A stretch of DNA of 64,000 nt, taken from positions 32,001 through 96,000 of the forward strand of contig CAVONQ010000014.1 in the NCBI GenBank assembly GCA_963697335.1. Reading direction: 5' to 3'. The stretch is from an uncultured cyanobacterium. GTDB taxonomy: Bacteria > Cyanobacteriota > Cyanobacteriia > PCC-6307 > Cyanobiaceae. This document shows, one piece after another, positions 30,131 through 40,425 of the stretch; the first letter of the stretch is position 1, and each line of letters starts with the position of its first letter. Made by a program: the position numbers and the translations under genes. The notes below the pieces were generated by a model. The model worked only from the letters and a program-made list of their open reading frames with translations, was not told the DNA's origin and did no database searches.

Positions 30131-32314
30131 TCAGGGCAGCAGTGGCCCGCCCGCCTGGCGGCTGATGGCCACGATCCCCGGCCGGGGCACCCTGCCGGGC
30201 ACGCCTGAGGGCCAGTTCGAGCCCGTCGGCACCCAGCGCTCCTGCTCAAAGCCCACCCCGTCGCGATCCACCAGGGAGGTGGTGTGGCGGCTGGCGCCCT
30301 GGGCCCTGCGGGTGCCGTGCACTTCGCCGGGGTGCTGCACGGCCAGAAACAGGCTGTGTTCGGAGCTGTCGAAGCAGGGTCCCGTGAGCTCGCACTCCAT
30401 GGGCCCGGTGGCAAAGCAGAGGGCCTCGCCCTGGGCCGGCCCGCGCCTGGGCAGCACCCAGCAGCCGTTGTTGCCGAAGGCGTCGCCTGGCCTGGTCCCG
30501 GAGGAGCGATCGGTCACCACCCAGATGTTGCCGGCGCCATCCACCTCCAGGTTGTCGGGGTTGGCGAAGCCCATGCCCCCCTCCCAGGGCAGGCCGCCCA
30601 CCGCCACCATCTGCCAGCGGAACCCATCGGCACTGGAGCCGCTCTCGCTGAGCCGCATCACCCAGCCGTGGGGCCAGGTGGGCTCCCCGGCGGGACCGGA
30701 GAAGATGGCGGGGTCGGCCCGGCCCTCCCGATCGGCTCCCCCGGCCGTGAAGGCGATCAGCAGATCGCCCGTGGCCGGATCGATCACCGTGTCTTCCGGG
30801 CGGGCGGCGGCGGTGGCTCCCACGGCGTTGGCGGCCAGATGGGCGTCGATCAGGATCGCGCCGAGCTGGGCCTCGCCGCTGCCGGGGTAGAGGGCGGCCA
30901 GGCTGCCGAACTGCTCGAGATAGCGCGCCACCTCGGCATCGCTGCCTAGGTCGACGGCGCCGGGCTGGCGACGGTCGGGGTGGGGCAAGCGCGTGGCCTG
31001 GCTCAGGCCCCAGCGCTGGTAGTGGCTGGGGAGCTGGGGAGCCAGGGGAGTGGAGGGCAGCAGCGGAATCCAGCGGCCCAGGCCGCCGGCGCTGAACTGG
31101 GCCACCTCCAGTTGGCCGGCACTGAACAGGGCGGAGTTGGCCGGATCCAGGGGGTCGCTGATCCGGTCCGCGCTCACGTAGCGGTAGAGGTGGCCGCCGT
31201 GGCGGTCGCAGCCGGAATAGAGCACCAGGGGCTGGCCGGCCGCCGCCTTCACGGCCACGGCCTCGTGGCGGCAGCGCCCCAGGGCCGTGTGCTTCACCGG
31301 CGGCCGCTGGGGCCGGCGCGGATCCACCTCCACGATCCAGCCGTACTTATTGCCCGCCAGGGCGAAGGGGTTGCCCAGGCCGCGGAGCCGCTGGCCATCC
31401 CAGTGGAAGGGCCGTTCGGAGGGATCCATTGAGGAGCCGTCGGCATACACCGCTTCGCACACCTCGTTCTGGATGTTCTCCTCGGCGCTGAGCACGGTGC
31501 CCCAGGGGGTGGTGCCGCCGGCGCAGTTGGCGAAGGTGCCGATGATCCGCTCGCCGAGGCCGTCGTCGTAGCCGAGGCGGCGCTCGGCGCGGAACACCGC
31601 CACGGCCGGGCCACTGGCGCGCAGGGCCTGGGCGGGATCCTGCAGGCCGCTCAGGCCGGTGATGCGGCGGTCGAAGCGCCCTGGCTGGCGGCGCCAGCGA
31701 CCTTCGGGACCCAGCTCAAGGCCCGCCACGCCGATACCGAGGTCTTCGAGGGCGGCGCCGGCCACCTGCCGCACCATGGCCAGCAGGGGATCGCCATGGG
31801 CCAGGGCGGTGGCATCCAGCGTGGAGTCGCGATCGGCGAGGGCGGCCTGGAGCTGCTGCAGGGGCAGGCTGAGGCCGCGGGCTTCGCGCAGCCCTTCGGC
31901 CCAGGGAAGGGGGCTGATGTATTCGAAATTCACCGTGAGCAGGGCCTGGCCCGGCGCCAGGGCCAGGAAGGCGAGGTGGTCGTTGTTGTATCCGAAGCTC
32001 CCCTCCCCCAGCGGATCCCCCCACACCGCCAGCAGATCGGCCCGGTAGCCCACCGGCACCACGAGGCGGTCCTCCAGGCGCACCTGGCCGTAGTGGCGGC
32101 GCTGCTCCGCGGCGGTGAGGCCATCGAGGGGCAGGGGCAGCGGCGTGGGCAGCGGCTCAAAGGGCAGCTCGCCGCTGCGGCCACCGCCGACACCTCCAGC
32201 GAGGCCGCTGCCCCGGATCGGGCTTGGCGAGGCGCGCCCAGGCCTGGCCCGAGCGGCCTGGGCCGATCCGGCCGTCGCCAGGCCGAGCAGCATCAGCAGG
32301 GAACGACGCTTCAT
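30131..32314 (-). CDS. phoX: PhoX (DUF839) Tat-exported alkaline phosphatase
   Basis: MKRRSLL Tat signal; NCAGGTTPWGTVLSAEEN, KHTALGR.RHE, RPED, NPDNL, ELTGP, VQHPGE. Confidence 0.9.
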   Translation of the reverse strand: MKRRSLLMLLGLATAGSAQAARARPGRASPSPIRGSGLAGGVGGGRSGELPFEPLPTPLPLPLDGLTAAEQRRHYGQVRLEDRLVVPVGYRADLLAVWGDPLGEGSFGYNNDHLAFLALAPGQALLTVNFEYISPLPWAEGLREARGLSLPLQQLQAALADRDSTLDATALAHGDPLLAMVRQVAGAALEDLGIGVAGLELGPEGRWRRQPGRFDRRITGLSGLQDPAQALRASGPAVAVFRAERRLGYDDGLGERIIGTFANCAGGTTPWGTVLSAEENIQNEVCEAVYADGSSMDPSERPFHWDGQRLRGLGNPFALAGNKYGWIVEVDPRRPQRPPVKHTALGRCRHEAVAVKAAAGQPLVLYSGCDRHGGHLYRYVSADRISDPLDPANSALFSAGQLEVAQFSAGGLGRWIPLLPSTPLAPQLPSHYQRWGLSQATRLPHPDRRQPGAVDLGSDAEVARYLEQFGSLAALYPGSGEAQLGAILIDAHLAANAVGATAAARPEDTVIDPATGDLLIAFTAGGADREGRADPAIFSGPAGEPTWPHGWVMRLSESGSSADGFRWQMVAVGGLPWEGGMGFANPDNLEVDGAGNIWVVTDRSSGTRPGDAFGNNGCWVLPRRGPAQGEALCFATGPMECELTGPCFDSSEHSLFLAVQHPGEVHGTRRAQGASRHTTSLVDRDGVGFEQERWVPTGSNWPSGVPGRVPRPGIVAISRQAGGPLLP

Positions 32315-32404
32315 GGCCAGCAGTCTCGGCGCAGGCGGTGGTGATCCAGGCGACAGCCCGCCCGCAGCGCCGCCTCTTCACGGCTCCCCCAGAAGGATGC
32401 CAGG

Positions 32405-32614
32405 ATGAACACACTTCGTAACATCGCCATGACCATGGGCGAACTGTTTCTCGAGTCGATGGCCTCCGGGGTGATCACCCCCGAAGAGCTGAGCTGGCTG
32501 GCCAGGCGCCAGACGGAGTTTTCCCGGGTGGAGGAGGCCGCAGCCCTCCGCCTCGGCAGGCTTCTGGATCAGGGGGTGATCCAGCTCGGTTGCCGACTGC
32601 CACGGCTGGCCTGA
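32405..32614 (+). CDS. Small conserved cyanobacterial-type protein
   Basis: TMGELFLES...GVIT...FSRVEEAAALRLGRLLDQG.I. Confidence 0.7.
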   Translation: MNTLRNIAMTMGELFLESMASGVITPEELSWLARRQTEFSRVEEAAALRLGRLLDQGVIQLGCRLPRLA

Positions 32615-32675
32615 GGGTTCGCCGCCATGCTGGATCCCCAGGGGGGCTGTTCACCCAGAAGCAGGAGCTCAGCTC

Positions 32676-33425
32676 ATGTCCGCGTCATTGGCTTTCGTGC
32701 TGGCTCCTGAGTCGGGCCTTCCCCCCGATGGCACCACCGACTGGGACCAGCTGCGGCTGGCCCAGCGCCGCGGCATCCGCGAAGCGGCCGCTTTTCGGCT
32801 CTATGCGCTGCCGGAGGCGGGGTCTCCAGCCCTTGCCCAGCCAGGCCAGGGTCTGGAGGCGCTTCCCTTCAACGGCACCATCCCCGAGGGCCTGCCCCAG
32901 GCCGCGGCGGCCCAGCTCTATTGCGATGCGGTGATCCCGCGCTTCGACCCGCCGCAGTTGTGGCTGGCGGTCTACGCGCTGGAGGACGACCGGACCAAGG
33001 CCCTCGCCCTGGACCGTTTCCCGTTGCACCAGGCCGAAAACGAAGCCTGCTGGTTTTATCCCACCGACGACGGCACCTACCTCTGCTGGGAACGGGCTGA
33101 GGCCATCACCCTGGCGCCCGGCTTCATCGCTGACCCTTCCTGCTGCCCCTCGCCCGCGGACTACCGCCGCAGCTCCCTGCACCTGTTGTGGTCGCTGATG
33201 GCCGACGACCCCGATCTCACCTGCGTGGGGATCACCTACGCGGGGGTGCGGCTCGAATGGCCGCTGCTGAGCGATGAGCCTGCGGCTGCCGCCTCCTGGA
33301 CCGCCTTCGACGTGGACAGTGCCGCCAGCCCCCATTACCGGGAGATCGCCACCGTGCGGACCCATGACCCTCAGCGCAGCGATTCACAGGCCTCGCCGTC
33401 GCCATGGCCATCCAGGCAGCTTTAG
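32676..33425 (+). CDS. Hypothetical protein
   Basis: 249 aa ORF with protein-like composition. Confidence 0.65.
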   Translation: MSASLAFVLAPESGLPPDGTTDWDQLRLAQRRGIREAAAFRLYALPEAGSPALAQPGQGLEALPFNGTIPEGLPQAAAAQLYCDAVIPRFDPPQLWLAVYALEDDRTKALALDRFPLHQAENEACWFYPTDDGTYLCWERAEAITLAPGFIADPSCCPSPADYRRSSLHLLWSLMADDPDLTCVGITYAGVRLEWPLLSDEPAAAASWTAFDVDSAASPHYREIATVRTHDPQRSDSQASPSPWPSRQL

Positions 33426-33774
33426 CGGCTGCCTGAGCTTCCGCCCTTTCCACCACGGCGGAACTCCCACGGGCGGGTGATGCCACCCACCACCTGCCAC
33501 ACGCCGCTGCGCCGCCGGCTGGCCCGCTTTTCGGCGGAGAGGTAGGCGCTGGCATTGCACTGGCCCAGGTAGCGGCGATAGACGAAGGCCTGGCCGGATT
33601 CCACCAGCGCCAGGCCGACGTTCACCGGATCCGAGGCGTTGCTGACCACCTCGGCCACCGTGCGCCCGAAGCGGTCGGTGGTCTTGATGTTCAGATTCAC
33701 CGAACTGCTGCTCCGCAGATGGCGGCGGAGGGGAGCGACGCGACCAGGCAGAGGGCGATCAGCAGGCGACCCAT
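33422..33774 (-). pseudogene. Thermonuclease (SNase-like) remnant lacking its N-terminal catalytic part
   Basis: DRFGRTVAEV...LVESGQA.VY..Y...AE..A...GVW...PWEFRR; signal-like MGRLLIALCL start is in another frame. Confidence 0.7.
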
Positions 33775-33815
33775 GGGGCCATTGTCCAGGCCCCGGGTGT
33801 TGTGAAGCCGCGCGC

Positions 33816-34469
33816 TCAGGCGCCCTGACCGGCGCTGACCACGACCGCCTGGGGCTGGGCAGCAAGACGGCCGCCGCGGGGGCCATCGACCGACTCGCTC
33901 ACCAGCTCGGCGGTGATGGCGCCGTCAAAGGAGAGGCGTCCAGGGCCGAGCAGCAGCAGGGCCAGGCTGCCACCCAGATAGAGCACCACCAGTTCCAGCA
34001 CATAGATGTTGAGCCCGGCGGTGAGGATGTGGTGGTAAGCGGCCACGGCCATGGTGCCGGTGATCGCCAGGGCTCCCAGCGGCGTCAGCAGGCCCAGGAT
34101 CAGCAGCCAGCTGCCCACCACCTCCGAGAAGCCGGCCACGTAGGCGAGCAGCAGGGGGAAGGGCAGGTGCAGCGGCGCCACATAGGTGTCGGCGAAGGCC
34201 TGGGGATTGGCGAGCTTGTCCTGGCCGTGGTGGATCATCATCAGGCCGATCGCCAGCCGCAGGGCCAGCAGGCCGATGTTGGCGGCAGTGCCCTTCTGCA
34301 GCACGTAGCGCCGCAGGCCGCCCTGCACAGCCGGGCGCTGCAACAGGCGGGTGAGCGGGCCGACGCCCTCGGCGGGGGCGAGGTCTGGACGGTTGAGGCG
34401 CAGCAGCCAGAGGGCCATCAGGGAGCCGGTGAGGCCGGCGAAACCCTCGAGGAGTTGGGCGGTGGTCAT
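33816..34469 (-). CDS. DoxX family membrane protein
   Basis: LLALRLAIG..MIHHGQDKL...E..G...ILGLLT...GPGRLSFD. Confidence 0.88.
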   Translation of the reverse strand: MTTAQLLEGFAGLTGSLMALWLLRLNRPDLAPAEGVGPLTRLLQRPAVQGGLRRYVLQKGTAANIGLLALRLAIGLMMIHHGQDKLANPQAFADTYVAPLHLPFPLLLAYVAGFSEVVGSWLLILGLLTPLGALAITGTMAVAAYHHILTAGLNIYVLELVVLYLGGSLALLLLGPGRLSFDGAITAELVSESVDGPRGGRLAAQPQAVVVSAGQGA

Positions 34470-34636
34470 CGCTCAGGGGAGAAGTCCCCAGACTCTGGCA
34501 AGCCGGGTAACGAAACGTGAAGCGCTGGCTGAGAAGGGAAGGGGGCGGGAAACCGGCTCCTTTCGGGCCAGCACGGCGCCCCAAAGCGCCCCAACCACTG
34601 TTACTATTTCTTCACGTTTCGCAACCAAGCGCAACC

Positions 34637-34780
34637 ATGTCTGATTCCGCTTCCCGCTTCGGCTTCGTGGCCTTCGCCGAAACCTGGAATGGCCGCCTGG
34701 CCATGCTCGGTTTCGTGATCGGCCTTGCCACCGAAGTTCTCACCGGCCAGGGCATCCTGGGTCAGATCGGCCTCGGCTGA
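34637..34780 (+). CDS. hli: High light-inducible protein
   Basis: AETWNGRLAMLGF; near-identical to 21949-22092. Confidence 0.95.
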   Translation: MSDSASRFGFVAFAETWNGRLAMLGFVIGLATEVLTGQGILGQIGLG

Positions 34781-34806
34781 GCTGCGCCCCAAGCCCCCAA
34801 CGCAAC

Positions 34807-34840
34807 AGCGGCGCTATCCCTAGGGACGGCGCCGCTTTTT
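34807..34840 (+). terminator. Rho-independent terminator after hli
   Basis: AGCGGCGC...GCGCCGCT stem followed by TTTT. Confidence 0.8.
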
Positions 34841-34920
34841 GCTGGGCTGTCGTAACCCCTGATCAGCCCTAGCGATGCTGGCAGGCCCCGCGGACGCAGG
34901 TCCGCCGAGGCCCGGGACAT

Positions 34921-35124
34921 TCAGGAGGCCTGCTGGTAAAGCGCCTCGAGGCGTTCACGGTTGAGGTCCACATAGAGGAGCCGCTCGCCGGGCTCCGGGG
35001 CTTCCGGGTGGCGGCTGCGGATCCGCGGCCGGGCCGAGCCGCCACCGAAGCCCTGGCTCATCAGGGCGAAGGTGCTGCACAGCAGCACGGCTGCAGCCAC
35101 GGCGTAGAGAAGGGCAAAGACCAT
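34921..35124 (-). CDS. Small membrane protein (DUF2973-like)
   Basis: TM helix then RHPEAP..GE.LLYVD. Confidence 0.65.
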   Translation of the reverse strand: MVFALLYAVAAAVLLCSTFALMSQGFGGGSARPRIRSRHPEAPEPGERLLYVDLNRERLEALYQQAS

Positions 35125-35231
35125 GGCTTTCAGCTCGGAACGGCCACCAGCCTAGTGTGAAGAAGTGTTAATCGTGACAGATTGTTAAGCCAGTGTCCGT
35201 GCTGCTGCGGCAGCGGCCTGGCCCAGGCACT

Positions 35232-37331
35232 TCAGTCCAGCTTCACCCCGTCCAGGCGCCGACGCGCCACCAGCAGCATGAGGCTGCGGCTCTCCAGGGG
35301 AATCCCCGGCGGGCTCCAGATCCCGGGACGGGCCGGCAGGTCCTGACCGGCGGGCAGGGCGGTGTCGATCACCCGCAGCCAGCCGGAAGTGGACACGGGC
35401 AGGTCGAAGTGCACGGCCTTGCTGTAGGCGTTCATGGCACACCACAGCAGCGGCCCCTGGGTGTGGTCGTTGACGCTCCAGGCCACGGTGTGCGACCAGC
35501 TGGCCCAGTTCGGCCGGGTGATCTCCACGCCGTGCCACTGGCGCCAGCGCTGCTGGGGATCGTCCTGGCGGCGCTGGGGGTGCTCCGCCAGGGGCAGCAC
35601 CGGGTTGAGCAGATCGACCAGATGCCGCCTCAGGCTCAGCAGCCGGCGCACGAAGCGGCGCAGGGCCAGATCGCCGCTGTCGGGCTGCCAGTGCATCCAG
35701 CCGAGGGGGTTGTTCTGGCACCAGGCGTTGTTGTTGCCCCCCTGGCTGCGGCGCACCTCATCACCCATCAGCAGCATGGGCACCCCCGGAGCGAGCAGCA
35801 GGGTGCTCAGCAGGTTGCGCAGCTGCCGCTCCCGCAGGGTCGTCACGGCATGGTCGCTGCTGGGGCCCTCCACGCCGTGGTTCCAGCTGCTGTTGTGGTT
35901 GTCGCCGTCCCGGTTGTCCTCGCCGTTGGCCAGGTTGTGCTTGCCGTTGAAGCTCACCAGATCGGCCAGGGTGAAGCCGTCGTGGGCCGTGAGGAAGGTG
36001 ATGGCCTGGCCCGGGTGAGCGGGCATCAGGTTGTAGAGGTCGGGGCTGCCGCTCAGCCGCTGGCCCACCGCCCAGGAGCAGTTCTCATCGCCCTTCCAGA
36101 AGCGGCGCAGGTCGTCGCGGAAGCGGCCGTTCCAGGTGGCCACCCGCCGGGCCGGGAAGTCGGCCAGCTTGTAGAGGCCGCCGCAGTCCCACGGTTCGCT
36201 GATCAGCTTCAGGTCGGCGAGGTCGGGGTCGGCCTCCATGGCCTCAAACAGCGGTGGCTGGGCCAGGGGCGCCAGGTTCTCACCCCGGCTCAGGGCGATG
36301 CCCAGGTCGAAGCGGAAGCCATCCACCCCCAGCTCCGTGGCCCAGCAGCGCAGGGATTCCAGGATCAGGTGCTGCACCAGCGGCCGGTTGGCCGCGATCG
36401 TGTTGCCGCAGCCGCTCACATCCTGGTACTCGCCCAGGACGCTCTGCTGGTAGTAGAGGCGGTCGGCGAAGCCGCGCCAGCTCAGGGTGGGGCCGTGCTG
36501 GTTGCCCTCACTGGTGTGGTTGTAGACCACATCCAGCAGCACCTCGATGCCCGCCAGGTGGCAGGCCTTCACCAGCTGCCGCACCTGGTCGCGGGCTCCC
36601 AGGGGATCGTTCCCCACCAGGTAGTCGGGATGGGGGGCCATCCAGCTCAGGGGGCTGTAGCCCCAGTGGTTCTCGCGGCCCGGCGGCGCGTCGCTCGGAT
36701 CGAAGGCCATCACCGGCAACAGCTCGATCGCGGTGATGCCCAGCTCCCGCAGCCGGGGCAGGGTGTCGATCAGACCCAGCAGGGTGCCCTGGCGCTCCGG
36801 CACCACCGGGCAGCCGGCCCCCTGGGTGAAGCCCCCCACGTGCAGTTCATAGATGACGCTGCGCTGCCAGCTGTGGCGCGGCCTGGGGGCGGCTTCGAAA
36901 TCGAAGCGGTCGCGCTCGGTGACCACTCCCCTCAGGCAGCAGGAACTGTTGGGGGCGGCGCCGACGGCCGCGGCACGGCGGTAGCCCTCCCAGCCGGTGA
37001 TGGCCCGGGCGCAGGGATCCAGCAGCACCTTGGACGGGGCGAAGCTGTGGCCTCCCGGTTGCAGGGGGCCGAACACCCGGTAGCCGTAGCAGCAGCCCAG
37101 CCCCAGGCCCTCCACCTCCACATGCCAGTGATCGCCGGAGCGGTGGCGGTCATCGAGAACCACCACCCGGCTGGGTTCGCTGGCGTCCGGGCGGCTGAAC
37201 AGCACCAGCTCCACCCGGGTGGCTCTGGGGGCCACCACAGAAAAATTCACCCCCCTGGAGGTGATGGAGGAGCCCAGGGGGCCTGGGCGCCCGAGATGGA
37301 CGGCTCCGAAACGTCTCCGACGGGTCGCCAC
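35232..37331 (-). CDS. glgX: Glycogen debranching enzyme / isoamylase (start uncertain)
   Basis: YELHVGGF, WGYSP, DVVYNHT, DGFRFDL, EPWD, HDGFTLADLVS. Confidence 0.93.
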   Translation of the reverse strand: MATRRRRFGAVHLGRPGPLGSSITSRGVNFSVVAPRATRVELVLFSRPDASEPSRVVVLDDRHRSGDHWHVEVEGLGLGCCYGYRVFGPLQPGGHSFAPSKVLLDPCARAITGWEGYRRAAAVGAAPNSSCCLRGVVTERDRFDFEAAPRPRHSWQRSVIYELHVGGFTQGAGCPVVPERQGTLLGLIDTLPRLRELGITAIELLPVMAFDPSDAPPGRENHWGYSPLSWMAPHPDYLVGNDPLGARDQVRQLVKACHLAGIEVLLDVVYNHTSEGNQHGPTLSWRGFADRLYYQQSVLGEYQDVSGCGNTIAANRPLVQHLILESLRCWATELGVDGFRFDLGIALSRGENLAPLAQPPLFEAMEADPDLADLKLISEPWDCGGLYKLADFPARRVATWNGRFRDDLRRFWKGDENCSWAVGQRLSGSPDLYNLMPAHPGQAITFLTAHDGFTLADLVSFNGKHNLANGEDNRDGDNHNSSWNHGVEGPSSDHAVTTLRERQLRNLLSTLLLAPGVPMLLMGDEVRRSQGGNNNAWCQNNPLGWMHWQPDSGDLALRRFVRRLLSLRRHLVDLLNPVLPLAEHPQRRQDDPQQRWRQWHGVEITRPNWASWSHTVAWSVNDHTQGPLLWCAMNAYSKAVHFDLPVSTSGWLRVIDTALPAGQDLPARPGIWSPPGIPLESRSLMLLVARRRLDGVKLD

Positions 37332-37381
37332 GGACGCCGCTGGGGCCGAGGTGGATAGGGCAGACAACGGCTCGGGCCAGC

Positions 37382-38086
37382 TTGCCCAACAAACTAGACA
37401 GACCTTCCGGTTCCAGGCCACTGTCAGCCCTTGCCCTTCCGCCTGAGCCCGGCCGCCCTCCCCAGCTGGTGCGGCCCGGCCTGTGGCTGTTCGCCCCCAG
37501 CCGCGACAGCCAGGGCGGCAGCAGCTGGCTGCTGGAGTCCGGCGCCAGCGGCCTGGCCGTTGATCTGCTGATCGACTGCCCCGGCTACAGCCAGGCCAAC
37601 CTCGACTGGCTGGCCGCCCGTGGGCCAGGCCTGCTGCTGCTCACCAGTCGCGAGGGCCACGGCCGCTGCCGCCGCCTGCAGCAGGCCATCGGCTGGGAGG
37701 TGCTGGTGCAGGAGCAGGAGGCCTACCTGCTGCCAGGGGTGGCGCCCCTGCGCTGCTTCGGAGCGGAGAGTGAGCTGTCACCGGAGGTGCGCCTGCTCTG
37801 GACTCCTGGGCCCACGCCTGGATCCTGCGTGGTGCATTCCCGCGGCCCGGACCTGGATGTGCTGTTCTGCGGACGGCTGCTGGCGCCGGTGGGGCCTGGC
37901 GCCCTGGCGCCGCTGCGCACGGCGCGCTGCTTCCACTGGGCGCGCCAGCTGGCCAGCCTGGAGACCCTGCGGGGCTGGCTGCCGGCGGGCTCCCCCCAGT
38001 GGATCGCCTGCGGCGGCGGGCTGGGGGCCCTGCGCGGCGCCAAGCTCGTGCCCGAGGGGGCCGCGGCGTTGCGATCCGCACCCTGA
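37382..38086 (+). CDS. MBL-fold hydrolase-like protein (start uncertain)
   Basis: LIDCP, LTSREGHG, QEQEAYLLP, WTPGPTPGS. Confidence 0.75.
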   Translation: MPNKLDRPSGSRPLSALALPPEPGRPPQLVRPGLWLFAPSRDSQGGSSWLLESGASGLAVDLLIDCPGYSQANLDWLAARGPGLLLLTSREGHGRCRRLQQAIGWEVLVQEQEAYLLPGVAPLRCFGAESELSPEVRLLWTPGPTPGSCVVHSRGPDLDVLFCGRLLAPVGPGALAPLRTARCFHWARQLASLETLRGWLPAGSPQWIACGGGLGALRGAKLVPEGAAALRSAP

Positions 38087-38293
38087 TTTGGGCGATTCAG
38101 CACCAAACGGGCACCAGATCCGTTGCAGCAAGGCGCTTTTCTGTTGCAGTCCAAGGGCAGCACCCATACCATTGGCGCGCTGAACCCCGCTACGACGGGC
38201 CGGCCAGCCCCCAGAGGCCTCCAAACCTCCAAGCCCTGGCGCCGCTGCCCCACCATCGCTCTGAACGCTGCCCCAGAGGCCATCCCCGCTCTT

Positions 38294-38569
38294 ATGAACA
38301 AAGCAGATCTCGTCAACCTCGTGGCCGCCCGCACCGAGCTCACCAAGACCGACGTCTCCCAGGCCATCGACGCCGCCATCGAGACCATCATCGATTCGGT
38401 GGTGGAGGGCAACAAGGTGTCGATCCTCGGCTTCGGATCCTTCGAACCCCGGGAACGCTCCGCTCGCCAGGGCCTCAACCCCAAGACCGGAGAGAAAATC
38501 AAGATCCCAGCCAAGCGCGTACCCGCCTTCACCGCCGGCAAGATGTTCAAGGACCGCGTCCAGGGTTGA
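38294..38569 (+). CDS. hup: HU DNA-binding protein
   Basis: MNKADLV...GFGSF..RERSARQGLNPKTGE.I.IPA..VPAFTAGK. Confidence 0.97.
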   Translation: MNKADLVNLVAARTELTKTDVSQAIDAAIETIIDSVVEGNKVSILGFGSFEPRERSARQGLNPKTGEKIKIPAKRVPAFTAGKMFKDRVQG

Positions 38570-38608
38570 GGCAGCAGGCGGGGTCCGCAGCTCCGCCCGC
38601 TGATCCCG

Positions 38609-39577
38609 TTGCCGCTCCCCCGCCATGTCGAGGCCCTGATCGAAGCCGGGGTGCACCGGCGCGATCAGGGCTACCGCGGCCGTTTTGCCCCTTCCCCCAC
38701 GGGGGCCCTGCACCGTGGCAATCTGCGCACCGCCCTGCTGAGCTGGCTGGAAGCCCGCCTCGCCGGCGGCGAATGGCTGCTGCGCATCGACGACCTCGAC
38801 ACGCCCCGCAACCGGGCCGGTGCCGAGGAGGCGATCCTGGCGGATCTCACCTGGCTGGGCCTGGCCTGGGATGGCCCCCTATGGCGCCAGAGCGAGCGCC
38901 GCGGCCTCTACGCCAGCGTGCTCTCGGCCCTGCGGCGGGACGGCCGCCTCTACCCCTGCCGCTGCAGCCGCAGGCTGCTGGCCGATGTGTCGGCCCCCCA
39001 CGGGGGCTGGGCGGTGTACCCGGGGTTCTGCCGGCAGGGGCAGGGGGGCTGGGGGGAAGAGGATGGCCGCTGGCCCAGCTGGCGGCTGCGGCTCCCGGCC
39101 GGCCCCATCGCCTGGGATGAGGCTGCGGCCCTGGTGCCGGTGTCAGCGTCGGGCCGGCTGGACGGCGCCAGCCAGGTGGGCGATGTGGTGCTGCGCCGGG
39201 CCGACGGCTTCATCACCTATCACCTGGCCACGGCCGTGGACGAGCTCAGCCTCGGCATCACGACAGTGGTGCGCGGTGAAGACCTCTGGCGCTCCACCGC
39301 GGCCCAGGTGGCCGTGATGCGGGAACTGGGCGCCCCGCCCCCCACCTACGCCCATGTCCCCCTCTGGCGCGAACAGGGCACGGGCCAGCGGCTCAGCAAG
39401 CGCAGCGGCGCCGAGGGGCTGGAGGGGCTGCGGGCCCGGGGGTTTGATGCCGCCGGGGTGGTGGGGCTGCTGGCAGCCAGCGCCGGTCTGGTGTCGCCGG
39501 GGTCACGGCTGAGCGCCACCGAACTGCTGCAGCACCTGGAACGCCGGGGCGTGCCTAGGCGCAAACCACCGGCCTGA
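38609..39577 (+). CDS. gluQ: Glutamyl-Q tRNA(Asp) synthetase
   Basis: GRFAPSPTG.LH.GN, RIDDLD, YPCRCSR, VVRGEDL, RLSKR; no anticodon-binding domain. Confidence 0.9.
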   Translation: MPLPRHVEALIEAGVHRRDQGYRGRFAPSPTGALHRGNLRTALLSWLEARLAGGEWLLRIDDLDTPRNRAGAEEAILADLTWLGLAWDGPLWRQSERRGLYASVLSALRRDGRLYPCRCSRRLLADVSAPHGGWAVYPGFCRQGQGGWGEEDGRWPSWRLRLPAGPIAWDEAAALVPVSASGRLDGASQVGDVVLRRADGFITYHLATAVDELSLGITTVVRGEDLWRSTAAQVAVMRELGAPPPTYAHVPLWREQGTGQRLSKRSGAEGLEGLRARGFDAAGVVGLLAASAGLVSPGSRLSATELLQHLERRGVPRRKPPA

Positions 39578-39701
39578 ACCCACTTCTTAAGGAAGCTTTC
39601 GGAAGCATGGTGTGCGAATCCACGCACACTGGTGAGGTTCCTACGGCTGGCGCGAGGCCGCATTGATGACAACCCCAGCCCGGCAGCTCTCGGGCGCCGG
39701 C

Positions 39702-39926
39702 ATGGCCGACGTCGGTTTTTCCGGAATCCTGTCCGGAACCTTGTGCTGCCAGTGCGGCGGCAGTGGCGTGCTGCGGCTGGATGGCCAGCGCTATCGCACC
39801 TGCATGGACTGTGTGGGGGAGGGCCGGCAACGGCCCAGGGCCGTGCCGGCCGCCGAGGTGCTGCGGGTTCCGCTGCCCCGGTTGCAGGAGGCGATCAGCG
39901 GGTCGGCTTCTTCTGCTGCTGCCTGA
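39702..39926 (+). CDS. Small protein with two CxxCxG motifs
   Basis: CCQCGGSG...CMDCVGEG. Confidence 0.5.
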   Translation: MADVGFSGILSGTLCCQCGGSGVLRLDGQRYRTCMDCVGEGRQRPRAVPAAEVLRVPLPRLQEAISGSASSAAA

Positions 39927-40038
39927 TGAAGAAGGCGGCGGTGGCCACGACCACGGCCAGAGGAACTGCGGTGAGCAGCAGGAGGATCACGGCCGTCCAG
40001 TCGGTGTACATCGCCGCCAAGTCACTGTGTTCCATCAT
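39895..40038 (-). CDS. Small single-TM protein
   Basis: YTDWTAVILLLLTAVPLAVVVATAAFFIRQQQKK. Confidence 0.5.
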   Translation of the reverse strand: MMEHSDLAAMYTDWTAVILLLLTAVPLAVVVATAAFFIRQQQKKPTR

Positions 40039-40080
40039 CCCAGCCAGGATTCCCCTGAGTGCCGCCCCCGTGCCTTTGTG

Positions 40081-40353
40081 ATGCGACTCCTCCCCTGCGC
40101 CCTGCTCGGCGCCTTGCCTGTTGCTGCCGCCCTGGGCCTGGGGGGCGCTCTCCCCTCTGCGGCCGATGTGGTGTTCGACGACTGCCAGCCCGCGGCTGGC
40201 GGTGGCGTCACCTGCGACACCCGCCCCACCGGTGACACCCTGGTGGATGACGAGGCTGCCCGTTTCGGCCTGTACAACCAAGCCAGCCCCGGCTGGAACG
40301 AGTTCGAACCGTTCGAGGCCGACGACGACATGTTCGGCGGCAACGAGACCTGA
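40081..40353 (+). CDS. Small exported hypothetical protein
   Basis: Signal peptide, two Cys, acidic tail. Confidence 0.55.
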   Translation: MRLLPCALLGALPVAAALGLGGALPSAADVVFDDCQPAAGGGVTCDTRPTGDTLVDDEAARFGLYNQASPGWNEFEPFEADDDMFGGNET

Positions 40354-40425
40354 GCCCTGATCCGCCCTCCGCGCTGACAGCGCCCTGATCCCTTGCTAGG
40401 TCTGGACTGGCGATCGGTCCAGGCC

